Sequence record: SRR31156797_2488
Direction: 5' to 3' (one strand)
DNA length: 33,130 nucleotides
Position numbers and translations under genes: made by a program. The first letter of the stretch is position 1. Each line of letters opens with the position of its first letter. The notes below the pieces were generated by a model. That model did not search any database, had not been told where the DNA came from, and worked only from the letters and a program-made list of their open reading frames with translations. This document shows positions 10,403 to 19,075 of this stretch, one piece after another.

Positions 10403-11042
10403 TTTTACTACACGCGGTTTGCGTAATACCGGCTTTACTTTGATCGAAGTGCTGGTGGCGTTGGCTATTTTTGCCAGTTTAAGTGTCGGCGCTTATCAGG
10501 TTCTGCATCAGGTGCAACGCAGTAATGAAATATCTCTGAGTCGGACACAACGCCTAAATGAGATCAATCGGGCAATGGTGTTGATGGATGCGGACTTTCG
10601 ACAAATTGCAGCGCGGCAGTTCCGTACTCAAGGTGGCGAGCCAAGTAGTCAGTACCTTATTTGGCAAGACAACGTGCTGGGTTCAGAGCAAAAAGGCATC
10701 GTATTTACTCGGCTCGGCTGGCATAACCCGCAGCAGCAATTTCCTCGAGGGGAAACCACCAAAGTCGCTTATCGACTTGTTGCGGGTGAACTGGAAAGAA
10801 TTTGGTGGCGTTATCCGGATACGCCTGCAGGACAAGATGGGATTGTCGCCCCCATTCTTTCGCAAGTAGAAAATTGGAGTATGCGCTTTTATTTCGACGG
10901 CAAATGGAGCCAAGAGTGGGAGCAAACTCAGGCGCTGCCTAGTGCGATTGCGGTGAAATTCACTTTAGAAGACTACGGTGACATTGAACGAATATATTTA
11001 GTGGCTGGTGGCAAAGCACAAGGGGATGACGATGAATCGTAG
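10389..11042 (+). CDS. epsJ: Minor pseudopilin J
   Basis: [15 protein letters not shown] and FTRLGWHNP. Confidence 0.94.
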   Translation: MSRASFTTRGLRNTGFTLIEVLVALAIFASLSVGAYQVLHQVQRSNEISLSRTQRLNEINRAMVLMDADFRQIAARQFRTQGGEPSSQYLIWQDNVLGSEQKGIVFTRLGWHNPQQQFPRGETTKVAYRLVAGELERIWWRYPDTPAGQDGIVAPILSQVENWSMRFYFDGKWSQEWEQTQALPSAIAVKFTLEDYGDIERIYLVAGGKAQGDDDES

Positions 11043-12048
11043 ATCTCCACAACGCGGGGTGGCGTTAATCATAGTGTTGTTGCTACTGGCGATTATGGTG
11101 TCGATAGCCGCGACCATGTCGGAACGAATGTTTACCCAGTTTCAGCGAGCCAGTCATCAAGTTAATTATCAGCAGGCGTATTGGTATAGCTTAGGGGCTG
11201 AAGGTTTGGCCTCGGTATCGATTGAACAAAGCTATAAAGATAGTGACACCATTAATCTGAGTCAGGTATGGGCGTTAGAGGAGCAAACATACCCTCTGGA
11301 TTATGGACAGTTAACGGGAAGAATTTGGGACAAACAAGCGTGTTTTAATCTCAACGTGCTGGCGAGTGTGGAAGGCAACTTAAGTGGTAACAGTAAACCG
11401 TACCTGATTCGTGTGTGGCAAACACTGTTGGAAGAGCTGGAAGTCGATAGCTATAAAGCGGAAGTGATTGCCGATTCCACCCGAGAGTATATTGATAGCG
11501 ATAATCAGGTTCAAAGTGTTTACGGTGTCGAAGACAGCTATTACGAATCCATGTCTCCATCGTATATGACGGCGAATAGCTTAATTTCTGATTCCAGTGA
11601 GTTACGCGCGATTCAGCAAGTTAGCGGCGATGTGATGTTAAAGGTCGAACCGTATGTTTGCGCGCTACCTTATGATGATTGGCGTTTGAACATCAACACG
11701 CTTCAACCTGAGCAAGCTAAGCTTCTGGTGGCGATGTTTAGCCCGAGTTTGTCTGAATCCAATGCGATTGCTGTGCTGGAAAACCGTCCTTTTGACGGGT
11801 GGAGTAGTGTGGATGCCTTTTTATCCGAGCCGCAAATCGCCGGAGTTGGTGAAAGCACTATTGACCAAGCCAAAGGATACTTAACGGTTGATAGTCAATA
11901 TTTCGAGCTGGATGTTCAAGTTTTAGTGGAAGAGGCGCGAGTCCGAATTCGTAGCCTTTTCTATAGTGATAATCGAGAAACTGCAACGGTAGTACGCCGT
12001 CGCTTTGGAGGGATCAGTGAGCGAGTTTCTGACCGTTCGACTGAGTAG
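11032..12048 (+). CDS. epsK: Minor pseudopilin K
   Basis: Atypical prepilin site [13 protein letters not shown] lacking E5, which is typical of Gsp[13 protein letters not shown] 11032 follows AGGGGA. Confidence 0.94.
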   Translation: MNRRSPQRGVALIIVLLLLAIMVSIAATMSERMFTQFQRASHQVNYQQAYWYSLGAEGLASVSIEQSYKDSDTINLSQVWALEEQTYPLDYGQLTGRIWDKQACFNLNVLASVEGNLSGNSKPYLIRVWQTLLEELEVDSYKAEVIADSTREYIDSDNQVQSVYGVEDSYYESMSPSYMTANSLISDSSELRAIQQVSGDVMLKVEPYVCALPYDDWRLNINTLQPEQAKLLVAMFSPSLSESNAIAVLENRPFDGWSSVDAFLSEPQIAGVGESTIDQAKGYLTVDSQYFELDVQVLVEEARVRIRSLFYSDNRETATVVRRRFGGISERVSDRSTE

Positions 12049-13228
12049 TCAAAAAGAAGACGTTATCCCTTGGTTGGTTTGGTCTTCTACGCAACAAGAA
12101 GTCATCGCTAGTGGTGAAGTGTCTGGCTGGGAGCAGTTGGAACAACTAAGTTCTTACGCTGAACAAAGACCAACCTTGGCTTTAATCTCAGCAAGTGATG
12201 TGGTGCTTAGCCAAGTTGAGTTACCAGCCGGGGCTGGACGTCAGCTGGATTCGATTCTGCCTTATTTGGTTGAAGATGATGTCGCCCAAGATGTTGATGA
12301 CATGCACTTTACGGTACTAAACAAGTCAGGAAACCAAGTGGATGTTCTCGGTATCGACCGAGAGTTTTTAGGCGCTTGTTTAAACGCACTAACCAGTGCT
12401 GGCATGGATGTTAAACGTGTTGTGCCAGATGTATTAGCGCTCCCTGTTGAAGAAGGGCTGACCGCAGTACAAATAGGGTGTGAGTGGTTAGTTCGCAAAG
12501 GTGAACATCAAGGCATCTGCGTGGATGAGAGCTGGTTAGAACTCTTCAGCCGTTCAGATTGGGTGAAAGACGGAGAGGTATATTTACCTTTAACTTCTTA
12601 TACTCCGCTTCCTGACTTGAAATTAGCGGATGGTCAAATCTGGCAGTTCACTCCTTCAGCATTGGTGATGCAACTGCTCACCGAACAGGTGCTGGCATCC
12701 AAAGTTAACTTACTGACTGGTAGCTTTAAACCGAAATCGTCACTGTTAAAGTATTGGCGCATATGGAAGAAAACCGCCGTTGCTGCGGGTATTCTTGTCG
12801 CTGTGCTGATCGGCCACAACGTGCTTGAAACCCAGCATTATCAACAGCAAGCTCAAGCCTACCGGGCTGAAAGTGAACGAATTTTCCGTTCGGTGTTCCC
12901 TGATAGGCAAAAAATTCCAACCGTGAGTTATTTAAAACGTTTGATGAATGATGAAGTTCAGTCATTGCAGGGCGGGGGAAACCAAGGTTCAGTATTGGAG
13001 TGGTTAACCCAATTGCCGTCAACGTTTGAAACTATCAAAGGTATGCAGTTACAGAGTTTTAAGTTTGATAGTAACCGTGGTGAAGTTCGTCTGGAAGCGA
13101 CAAGCAATGATTTCCAAAGCTTTGAACGAGCAAGAGTGAAGTTAGAAGAAAAGTTTGTTGTTGAGCAGGGGCAGGTCAATAAAAATGGCAATGTTGTTGC
13201 TGGTTCATTTGTTTTAAAACAGAAGTAG
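12017..13228 (+). CDS. epsL: Type II secretion protein L
   Basis: [10 protein letters not shown]...PWLVWS, actin-like cytoplasmic domain (VVPDVLALP) and a single TM segment. GTG 12017 follows GGAGGG; alternative start is TTG 12005. Confidence 0.94.
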   Translation: MSEFLTVRLSSQKEDVIPWLVWSSTQQEVIASGEVSGWEQLEQLSSYAEQRPTLALISASDVVLSQVELPAGAGRQLDSILPYLVEDDVAQDVDDMHFTVLNKSGNQVDVLGIDREFLGACLNALTSAGMDVKRVVPDVLALPVEEGLTAVQIGCEWLVRKGEHQGICVDESWLELFSRSDWVKDGEVYLPLTSYTPLPDLKLADGQIWQFTPSALVMQLLTEQVLASKVNLLTGSFKPKSSLLKYWRIWKKTAVAAGILVAVLIGHNVLETQHYQQQAQAYRAESERIFRSVFPDRQKIPTVSYLKRLMNDEVQSLQGGGNQGSVLEWLTQLPSTFETIKGMQLQSFKFDSNRGEVRLEATSNDFQSFERARVKLEEKFVVEQGQVNKNGNVVAGSFVLKQK

Positions 13229-13237
13229 GAGCGGAAA

Positions 13238-13732
13238 ATGAATAAATTTATCACACCGCTTCAAAGCTGGTGGCAAAGTATCAGTCAGCGTGAAAAGCGC
13301 ATGGTTGTTGTATGCTCGGTTTTCGCTCTAGTAGCCATTGTTTTTTGGGGTGTGTTGCAACCGATGAGTGAGAAAAGCACTCAGGCTAAGAATCGAGTGT
13401 TAAGCGAGAAACAGTTGGTTAAATGGGTTACTGACAACGCCGATAAAATCGTGACTTTACGTCAACAAGGTGGTGTTGTTCGTACTTCCGAGCCTCTAAA
13501 CCAATTGATCACAGCTTCTACCCGTCGTTTTAATATTGAACTGGTTCGTCTTCAGCCTCGCGGAGAGATGATGCAAGTTTGGATTCAGCCACTTCCTTTC
13601 ACTAAATTGGTGGATTGGGTTGCCTACCTGAAAGAGACCAAAGGTGTCGACGTTGAGTTTATGGATGTTAAACGCGGTCAACAAGCCGGAGTGGTTGAAG
13701 TTCAACGCTTACAGTTAAAGCGAGGCATCTAA
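13238..13732 (+). CDS. epsM: Type II secretion protein M
   Basis: WWQSISQREKRMV followed by a TM segment; gene order; SD AGGAG. Confidence 0.94.
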   Translation: MNKFITPLQSWWQSISQREKRMVVVCSVFALVAIVFWGVLQPMSEKSTQAKNRVLSEKQLVKWVTDNADKIVTLRQQGGVVRTSEPLNQLITASTRRFNIELVRLQPRGEMMQVWIQPLPFTKLVDWVAYLKETKGVDVEFMDVKRGQQAGVVEVQRLQLKRGI

Positions 13733-13733
13733 G

Positions 13734-14492
13734 GTGAAGAAAGTTTTAGGTTATGGGTTGGTGTTTGTGTTGGTGTTTGTTACCAGCCTCATCGTTTATC
13801 TTCCCGCTTCGTTTGTGGTGAAGCAGCTGCCACTACCTAGACAGCTTCAACTGGTAGGTGTTGATGGCACTATTTGGCAAGGTCAGGCAGAGCAAGTCAT
13901 TTGGCAGAATCGTAACTTTGGTGATGTTCAATGGACGTTACATTTCTCGGCGTTATTGAGTCAAAAACTGGAAGCGATGGTTCGTTTTGGTCGCGGTAGC
14001 TCACTGAATCTTTATGGCAAAGGTTTGATCGGTTATCACTCTGAAGGGGCTTACGCCAAAAATTTAGTGATGTCGATACCAGCCGATACGGCATTGACTC
14101 AAGCACCACTGCCGCTGCCCATTGTGGCTCAGGGGCAGTTGGAGTTAACGATTAAGGATTATGTTTATCAAGCGCCACTATGTTTGAGTGCACAAGGAAC
14201 ATTAGCGTGGAGTACGGCTAACGTTGAATCTCCATTTGGTAATTTAGCGTTGGAGCAAGCCATTGCCGAGTTTCAATGTGATCAAAGTACGGTGCAGGTG
14301 ACTGGTAACCAAAATAGCGCTGAAGTCTCGAGTGAGTTCTCTGCACAACTAAGCCCAAATTATCGTTATCAAGCGAATGGTTGGTTTAAACCCGGAACGG
14401 ACTTTCCTAAATCGTTGGCTGACAAGTTGAAATGGTTGCCAAGACCCGATGGTCAGGGACGATACCAGTTCAAACAACAAGGCCGGTTATAG
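13734..14492 (+). CDS. epsN: Type II secretion protein N
   Basis: N-terminal TM, LPAS...GTIWQGQA motif, and last position in the cluster. Confidence 0.92.
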   Translation: MKKVLGYGLVFVLVFVTSLIVYLPASFVVKQLPLPRQLQLVGVDGTIWQGQAEQVIWQNRNFGDVQWTLHFSALLSQKLEAMVRFGRGSSLNLYGKGLIGYHSEGAYAKNLVMSIPADTALTQAPLPLPIVAQGQLELTIKDYVYQAPLCLSAQGTLAWSTANVESPFGNLALEQAIAEFQCDQSTVQVTGNQNSAEVSSEFSAQLSPNYRYQANGWFKPGTDFPKSLADKLKWLPRPDGQGRYQFKQQGRL

Positions 14493-14502
14493 AACGGGTA
14501 TG

Positions 14503-14532
14503 AAAAAGGCGAGAAGAGATTCTCGCCTTTTT
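14503..14532. terminator. Bidirectional intrinsic terminator between epsN and cysQ
   Basis: AAAAAGGCGAGAA-GAGA-TTCTCGCCTTTTT between convergent genes. Confidence 0.9.
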
Positions 14533-14558
14533 ACTTTAGTGTTGCCGCGAGTGAATCA

Positions 14559-15380
14559 TCAGCACTTCAATATTTGATTCCAAGGCAAATCAGCATCGCC
14601 GAGTACGATGAAATTAGGGTTCTCCAACGTTTCACGCTCGTTATAGGAGAGGGGGGCAAGCTGGGTATTTAGAATACGGCCGCCAGCCTCTTCAACAATA
14701 CATTGAGTAGCCGCGGTATCCCATTCACCCGTCGGCCCTAAGCGAAGATAACAATCGACTGCACCCTCAGCGACTAAGCAGGCTTTAAGTGCCGCAGAGC
14801 CAAGAGGGACCAGTTCATAATTCCATGCACTGCTCAATCGACTGGTAATTCGATTAATATCTTGGCGGCGGCTAATCGCCATCGCAATAGATTGATTCGG
14901 CAATTCATGCTTATGAGTTCTAATTCGTAAGCTTTCAGACATATCTGGAATTTTCCATGCCCCTTTGCCAGCATAAGCATAATAAGTGACACCGGATACT
15001 GGCCCGTACACTACGCCTAATACGGGGCGATTGTGCTCAACTAAGGCAATAATCGTAGCGAAGTCTCCACTGCGAGCGATGAACTCTTGCGTGCCGTCTA
15101 GCGGGTCGACCAGCCAGTAGCGCTCCCAAGTTTCTCGGGTTTCAAGGCTTACGTCGGCATCTTCTTCTGAAAGGATGGGGATGTCTGGCGTCAGCTCTTG
15201 TAGCTTATCCATAATGAGTTTATGGGCGGCTAAATCTGCACTGGTGACAGGGGTTTCGTCTTTTTTAGTAAAAGCCTGATAAGACTTCTTATCATAAATA
15301 TCGAGAATTAGCTGACCGGCAGAGCGTGCAATAGCGATGACGTCAGGAAGTAGGTGAGAGAGGTCTTTTGCTGTTGGCAT
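14559..15380 (-). CDS. cysQ: 3'(2'),5'-bisphosphate nucleotidase
   Basis: PVTSADLAAH, LSEE, WLVDPLDGTQEF and EWDTAA motifs. Confidence 0.95.
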   Translation of the reverse strand: MPTAKDLSHLLPDVIAIARSAGQLILDIYDKKSYQAFTKKDETPVTSADLAAHKLIMDKLQELTPDIPILSEEDADVSLETRETWERYWLVDPLDGTQEFIARSGDFATIIALVEHNRPVLGVVYGPVSGVTYYAYAGKGAWKIPDMSESLRIRTHKHELPNQSIAMAISRRQDINRITSRLSSAWNYELVPLGSAALKACLVAEGAVDCYLRLGPTGEWDTAATQCIVEEAGGRILNTQLAPLSYNERETLENPNFIVLGDADLPWNQILKC

Positions 15381-15405
15381 AATCTTTCCTTTGGCTCTGC
15401 TTAAG

Positions 15406-15948
15406 TTATTGTAGGTAGCGCAGAGTAAGCATTAAGGCAGTGATGCTGCGGGCCTCACAGAAGTCTAAGTGAGTTAATAGCTCCTCAGCTTGCGCTAAGG
15501 GCCAACGCACCACTTCTAAAGGCTCAGGCTCATCACCTTCCAATTGTTCTGAGTATAGTTCTTGAGCGATAAATAGTGTCATCTTGCTCGAGAAGTATGA
15601 AGGTGCCAAGACCACTTCTTTTAGTGGTGTGAGCTTGTTAGAGCCAAATCCAACTTCTTCTTTTAATTCTCGATTCGCGGCTTGCTCTGCGGTTTCTCCT
15701 GGGTCCATCAGGCCTTTAGGGAACCCCAGCTCGTAGCGTTCAGTACCGACACAATATTCACGAACAAGTAAAATATCTCCCTGTTCTGTTACGGGTACCA
15801 TCATGACGGCATTGCGGCCGCTGGACTTCATTCGCTCGTAAGTGCGATGCTCACCATTTGAAAAGCGGAGATCGATAGCTTCAATAGAAAATAGTTTCGA
15901 TTGAGCTACGGTATTCTGATCAAGAATCTCCGGTAACTTTGATGACAT
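15406..15948 (-). CDS. nudE: ADP compounds hydrolase (Nudix family)
   Basis: Nudix box GLMDPGETAEQAANRELKEEVG and LRFSNG..RTYER. Confidence 0.95.
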   Translation of the reverse strand: MSSKLPEILDQNTVAQSKLFSIEAIDLRFSNGEHRTYERMKSSGRNAVMMVPVTEQGDILLVREYCVGTERYELGFPKGLMDPGETAEQAANRELKEEVGFGSNKLTPLKEVVLAPSYFSSKMTLFIAQELYSEQLEGDEPEPLEVVRWPLAQAEELLTHLDFCEARSITALMLTLRYLQ

Positions 15949-16055
15949 ACACTTACTCCTCTAATGCATGGGTGACAGTCACTTTCTTACTATATGAGAA
16001 AATCTCTCAACTTAAAATATTACTTTTACTTGTTATTCGTTGTTAATGACAAAAT

Positions 16056-16088
16056 AAAAAAAGCTGATGCTTGTGGGCATCAGCTTTT
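16056..16088 (-). terminator. Intrinsic terminator downstream of nfuA
   Basis: AAAAGCTGATGC-TTGTGG-GCATCAGCTTTT with an A7 run, giving a U-tract on the minus strand. Confidence 0.88.
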
Positions 16089-16100
16089 ATTGGATTTGCA

Positions 16101-16694
16101 TTAGTAGTAAGAGTGTTCACCACGGTCATGCTCGGTTGCGTCTCGAACGGCGGTTAGCTCACCTTCGAACTGTGCAAGAAGTTCTTTCTCAATCCCTTCT
16201 TTTAATGTCACATCAACCATTGAACAACCGTTACAACCACCGCCAAAGGCAACGATAGCAATACCTTCATCGGTAATTTCTACCAAACTTACGTGGCCAC
16301 CGTGACCGGCAAGCTGAGGGTTTACTTGAGTTTGAATCGCGTACTCTACGCGTTCAATTAGGCTAGCATCGTCTGCAACTTTACGCATTTTTGCGTTCGG
16401 TGCTTTTAACGTGAGCTGAGAACCCATTTTGTCGGTAACGAAATCAATCAGTGCGTCTTCCAGGAAAGGCAAACTTAGCTCGTCGATATAAGCTGAAAAA
16501 CTTTCATAAGGGATTTCAGTATCAGTAGCTTCTACTGCCTCTGGTGGGCAGTAAGATACACCACACTCAGCGTTCTGTGTTCCTGGGTTCACAACGAATA
16601 CGCGAATGTTAGTGCCTTCTGGTTGCTGAGAGAGCAACTTGGCAAAGTGTGACTGAGCAGATTCAGTGATAGTTACAGAGTTAGTATTTGACAC
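16101..16694 (-). CDS. nfuA: Fe-S cluster biogenesis protein NfuA
   Basis: [28 protein letters not shown] and C-terminal EHSYY; GTG start. Confidence 0.97.
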   Translation of the reverse strand: MSNTNSVTITESAQSHFAKLLSQQPEGTNIRVFVVNPGTQNAECGVSYCPPEAVEATDTEIPYESFSAYIDELSLPFLEDALIDFVTDKMGSQLTLKAPNAKMRKVADDASLIERVEYAIQTQVNPQLAGHGGHVSLVEITDEGIAIVAFGGGCNGCSMVDVTLKEGIEKELLAQFEGELTAVRDATEHDRGEHSYY

Positions 16695-16699
16695 GACGA

Positions 16700-16724
16700 A
16701 TACCCGAGTAATTTTGTAGGTTAT
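16700..16724. promoter_or_regulatory. IscR type 1 operator at nfuA
   Basis: ATACCCGAGTAATTTTGTAGGTTAT matches ATASYYGACTRWWWYAGTCRRSTAT at 21 of 25 positions by eye. nfuA is a known IscR target in E. coli. Confidence 0.75.
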
Positions 16725-16733
16725 TTAGGCACC

Positions 16734-16762
16734 ATTCTACTCCTGTCATAGCAATGATCCAA
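16734..16762 (-). promoter_or_regulatory. Putative sigma70 promoter of nfuA
   Basis: Minus strand TTGGAT-N17-TAGAAT directly upstream of the IscR site. Confidence 0.55.
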
Positions 16763-16795
16763 GGATCTCGCTGTAATTTGTTTGTTACAGCGATA

Positions 16796-17503
16796 TTAAA
16801 TGCATTGTTGAGGTTCAGGAGTTCGGCATATGCAGTAAATATCAATCCTTTTTATGCCGACTTCAAGTAGCAATTGGCATAAATGATTGACTGTACTGCC
16901 GGTTGTCACCACATCATCGACGATCGCGATATGTTCCGTATCTGGGGTCAAGTTCATTTTGTACGCTTTGGCCAAATTCTTATGCCGTTGCTTCTTGGTT
17001 AATGTTTGCTGAGTTTGAGTATATTTCACGCGTGAAAAGAGCTTTCCTTGGTAGTGAACATTCAGCGCATCTGCGGTGTATTTGGCAATTAACGCACTTT
17101 GATTAAATCCTCTAACCATTTGCCTTCGCCAGTGTAACGGAACAGTCGTAATCACAGGGGCTGGAGTGGGGATTCGTTCAATCAGCAGTTGTGCTAGCGG
17201 CTTTGCTTGCCAGAATTGGCGAAGATGCTTGAGTTGATAAACGGTGGTACTGAGTGGAAAGTGGTAGTCACCCACACAATATAAACGATGCCATAGTGGT
17301 GGTTCAGAAAGGCATTGCCCGCACTGCTCTACAGAAGAGAGTGTTCTTAGACCGCAACGTTGGCAGCGAGGCTCCTTTTGATACCAAATATGACAAGCAT
17401 GGCAAATCCCGTGAGTATCCTCGCGATGTAACGGTAGGTTACAAACAGCGCATTGGGTTACAAGCCAACTCTGCATAGCTTTTTGGAGCCGATCGGATAC
17501 CAT
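16796..17503 (-). CDS. comF: ComF/GntX family competence protein (zinc ribbon plus phosphoribosyltransferase fold)
   Basis: Four CxxC motifs, VPLHWRR...RGFNQS and IVDDVVTTGST; conserved bioH-comF-nfuA synteny. Confidence 0.92.
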   Translation of the reverse strand: MVSDRLQKAMQSWLVTQCAVCNLPLHREDTHGICHACHIWYQKEPRCQRCGLRTLSSVEQCGQCLSEPPLWHRLYCVGDYHFPLSTTVYQLKHLRQFWQAKPLAQLLIERIPTPAPVITTVPLHWRRQMVRGFNQSALIAKYTADALNVHYQGKLFSRVKYTQTQQTLTKKQRHKNLAKAYKMNLTPDTEHIAIVDDVVTTGSTVNHLCQLLLEVGIKRIDIYCICRTPEPQQCI

Positions 17504-17583
17504 GTATAACCGCTTTAAGTGAGACTAGCCGACACTATGATTTCTTTGCTCGGCTGGGATGGATTAATTTAGTAGGAGAGTGC

Positions 17584-18363
17584 GTGACAATGTCTTCAGA
17601 GTTGTACTGGCATGTAAGTGGTTCTGGCCCCGATTTAGTATTGGTCCATGGATGGGGTATGAATGGTGCTGTTTGGCAGCAAACAGTAGAAATCCTTGAA
17701 AGCCAGTTTCGTGTGCATGTGGTCGACCTGCCTGGCTATGGTCATAGCGCTCATTGTCATGCTGAAAACCTAGAACAAATCGCTCAGTTGTTAATGGCTC
17801 ACGCTCCTCAAAATGCGATTTGGATTGGCTGGTCGTTAGGCGGTTTAGTCGCTACGCATATGGCGCTTCACCATAGTGACTATGTGAGCAAGCTCGTGAC
17901 GGTTGCCTCTTCTCCCAAATTCGCAGCTGATAAGCCATGGCGTGGAATACAGGCCAATGTGTTAAGTGCGTTTACCGACCAATTGGTTGAAGATTTTCAA
18001 CTGACCATTGAGCGCTTTATGGCCCTGCAAGCGATGGGAAGCCCGACAGCTCGCCAAGATGTGAAAACTTTGAAGCAGGCTGTGTTGTCGCGCCCGTCTC
18101 CCAATCCCAAAGCCTTATTAGCTGGATTACAAATGTTGGCTGATGTTGACTTGCGTGAGCAACTGCCGCATATCTCAGTACCTATGCTTCGTCTTTATGG
18201 CCGCCTTGATGGTTTGGTACCGATTAAAGTTGCCCATGATTTGCAGCAGACGCTCCCTCACAGTGAACAATTTATTTTTACTGAATCTTCTCACGCACCA
18301 TTTATGACGGAGTTGGATACGTTCTGCCAACAGCTGATCACATTTGCAAACAGTGAGATATAG
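17584..18363 (+). CDS. bioH: Pimeloyl-ACP methyl ester esterase; start is GTG 17584 or ATG 17590
   Basis: LVLVHGWGMN, nucleophile motif GWSLGG and SHAPF. Confidence 0.96.
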   Translation: MTMSSELYWHVSGSGPDLVLVHGWGMNGAVWQQTVEILESQFRVHVVDLPGYGHSAHCHAENLEQIAQLLMAHAPQNAIWIGWSLGGLVATHMALHHSDYVSKLVTVASSPKFAADKPWRGIQANVLSAFTDQLVEDFQLTIERFMALQAMGSPTARQDVKTLKQAVLSRPSPNPKALLAGLQMLADVDLREQLPHISVPMLRLYGRLDGLVPIKVAHDLQQTLPHSEQFIFTESSHAPFMTELDTFCQQLITFANSEI

Positions 18364-18403
18364 TCAATAATTTATTGATATACGAGAAGTTTCTAAATTG
18401 TGC

Positions 18404-18430
18404 TAAATTTTTAACCAGACTGGTCGATAA
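18404..18430 (+). promoter_or_regulatory. Putative sigma28 (FliA) promoter
   Basis: TAAA-N15-GTCGATAA, one mismatch from TAAA-N15-GCCGATAA. Confidence 0.72.
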
Positions 18431-18501
18431 ATGAACTAAGCCAACAGTGTGAATGAATTCCACCACATTGTTGGTTGGGCGATACTGAGGAGGTTTCGGC
18501 T

Positions 18502-18972
18502 ATGATCGTGTCACCGACTAACGTTAGTGTGCCACTTATCGCCCCATCAGTGAACGTTCAGACAGAGCAGGCTGCGCGTGATAATAAAGTCCGTGAACCT
18601 GTGATGCCGACCGTAGAGCTGGTTAAATCCAACTCGGAGCGTAATATCAAAGCCGATGATAAACGGCGAAAGCGATCGTCCTGGGACCCTGCAGAGCATC
18701 CTGACTATGAAGTGGTTACAGAGCATGAAGCGCACGCTTCTCATCATGAAGAGCGCAACAGTGAATTAGATAGGCTGTTTGAACTTCTGGCTTTGGCGAG
18801 TTACAGCGAAGAGCAAGGCAAAGGCTATGCAATGCGGTTTCGTTTACCGAAACGGATCATTGATGAAGCGATTATGGGTGGAAAAATGGCGCGAAGACGT
18901 ACAGTGATCAAGTATCACTACGGTCATGCTGTTGCGCCAAATACGCCATCAGAAGTGATTGCGGTCTTATAA
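18502..18972 (+). CDS. Uncharacterised protein, 156 aa
   Basis: ATG 18502 follows a strong SD (GAGGAGG). The ORF fills the bioH-tex gap and is followed by a terminator. No catalytic motif recognised. Confidence 0.85.
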   Translation: MIVSPTNVSVPLIAPSVNVQTEQAARDNKVREPVMPTVELVKSNSERNIKADDKRRKRSSWDPAEHPDYEVVTEHEAHASHHEERNSELDRLFELLALASYSEEQGKGYAMRFRLPKRIIDEAIMGGKMARRRTVIKYHYGHAVAPNTPSEVIAVL

Positions 18973-19017
18973 TCATTATGGAAGTACCAACGCACTTTAT
19001 AATGAAAGACACAAAGT

Positions 19018-19053
19018 AAAATCCCCATGGAGAATATCAATGGGGATTTTTTT
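19018..19053. terminator. Bidirectional terminator between the uncharacterised ORF and tex
   Basis: AAAATCCCCAT...ATGGGGATTTTTTT between convergent genes. Confidence 0.85.
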
Positions 19054-19075
19054 GATCATGACACTGAGCTAAACA

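Noticed and set aside
4725..14109. Numerous 60-125 aa antisense or alternative-frame ORFs inside the eps genes
   Set aside because: They are nested in or overlap conserved CDSs and have no recognisable motifs, as expected from codon bias.
18364..18378. Palindrome TCAATAA-T-TTATTGA after bioH
   Set aside because: It is AT-rich, too weak for a terminator, and I cannot assign it to a regulator. It may be chance.
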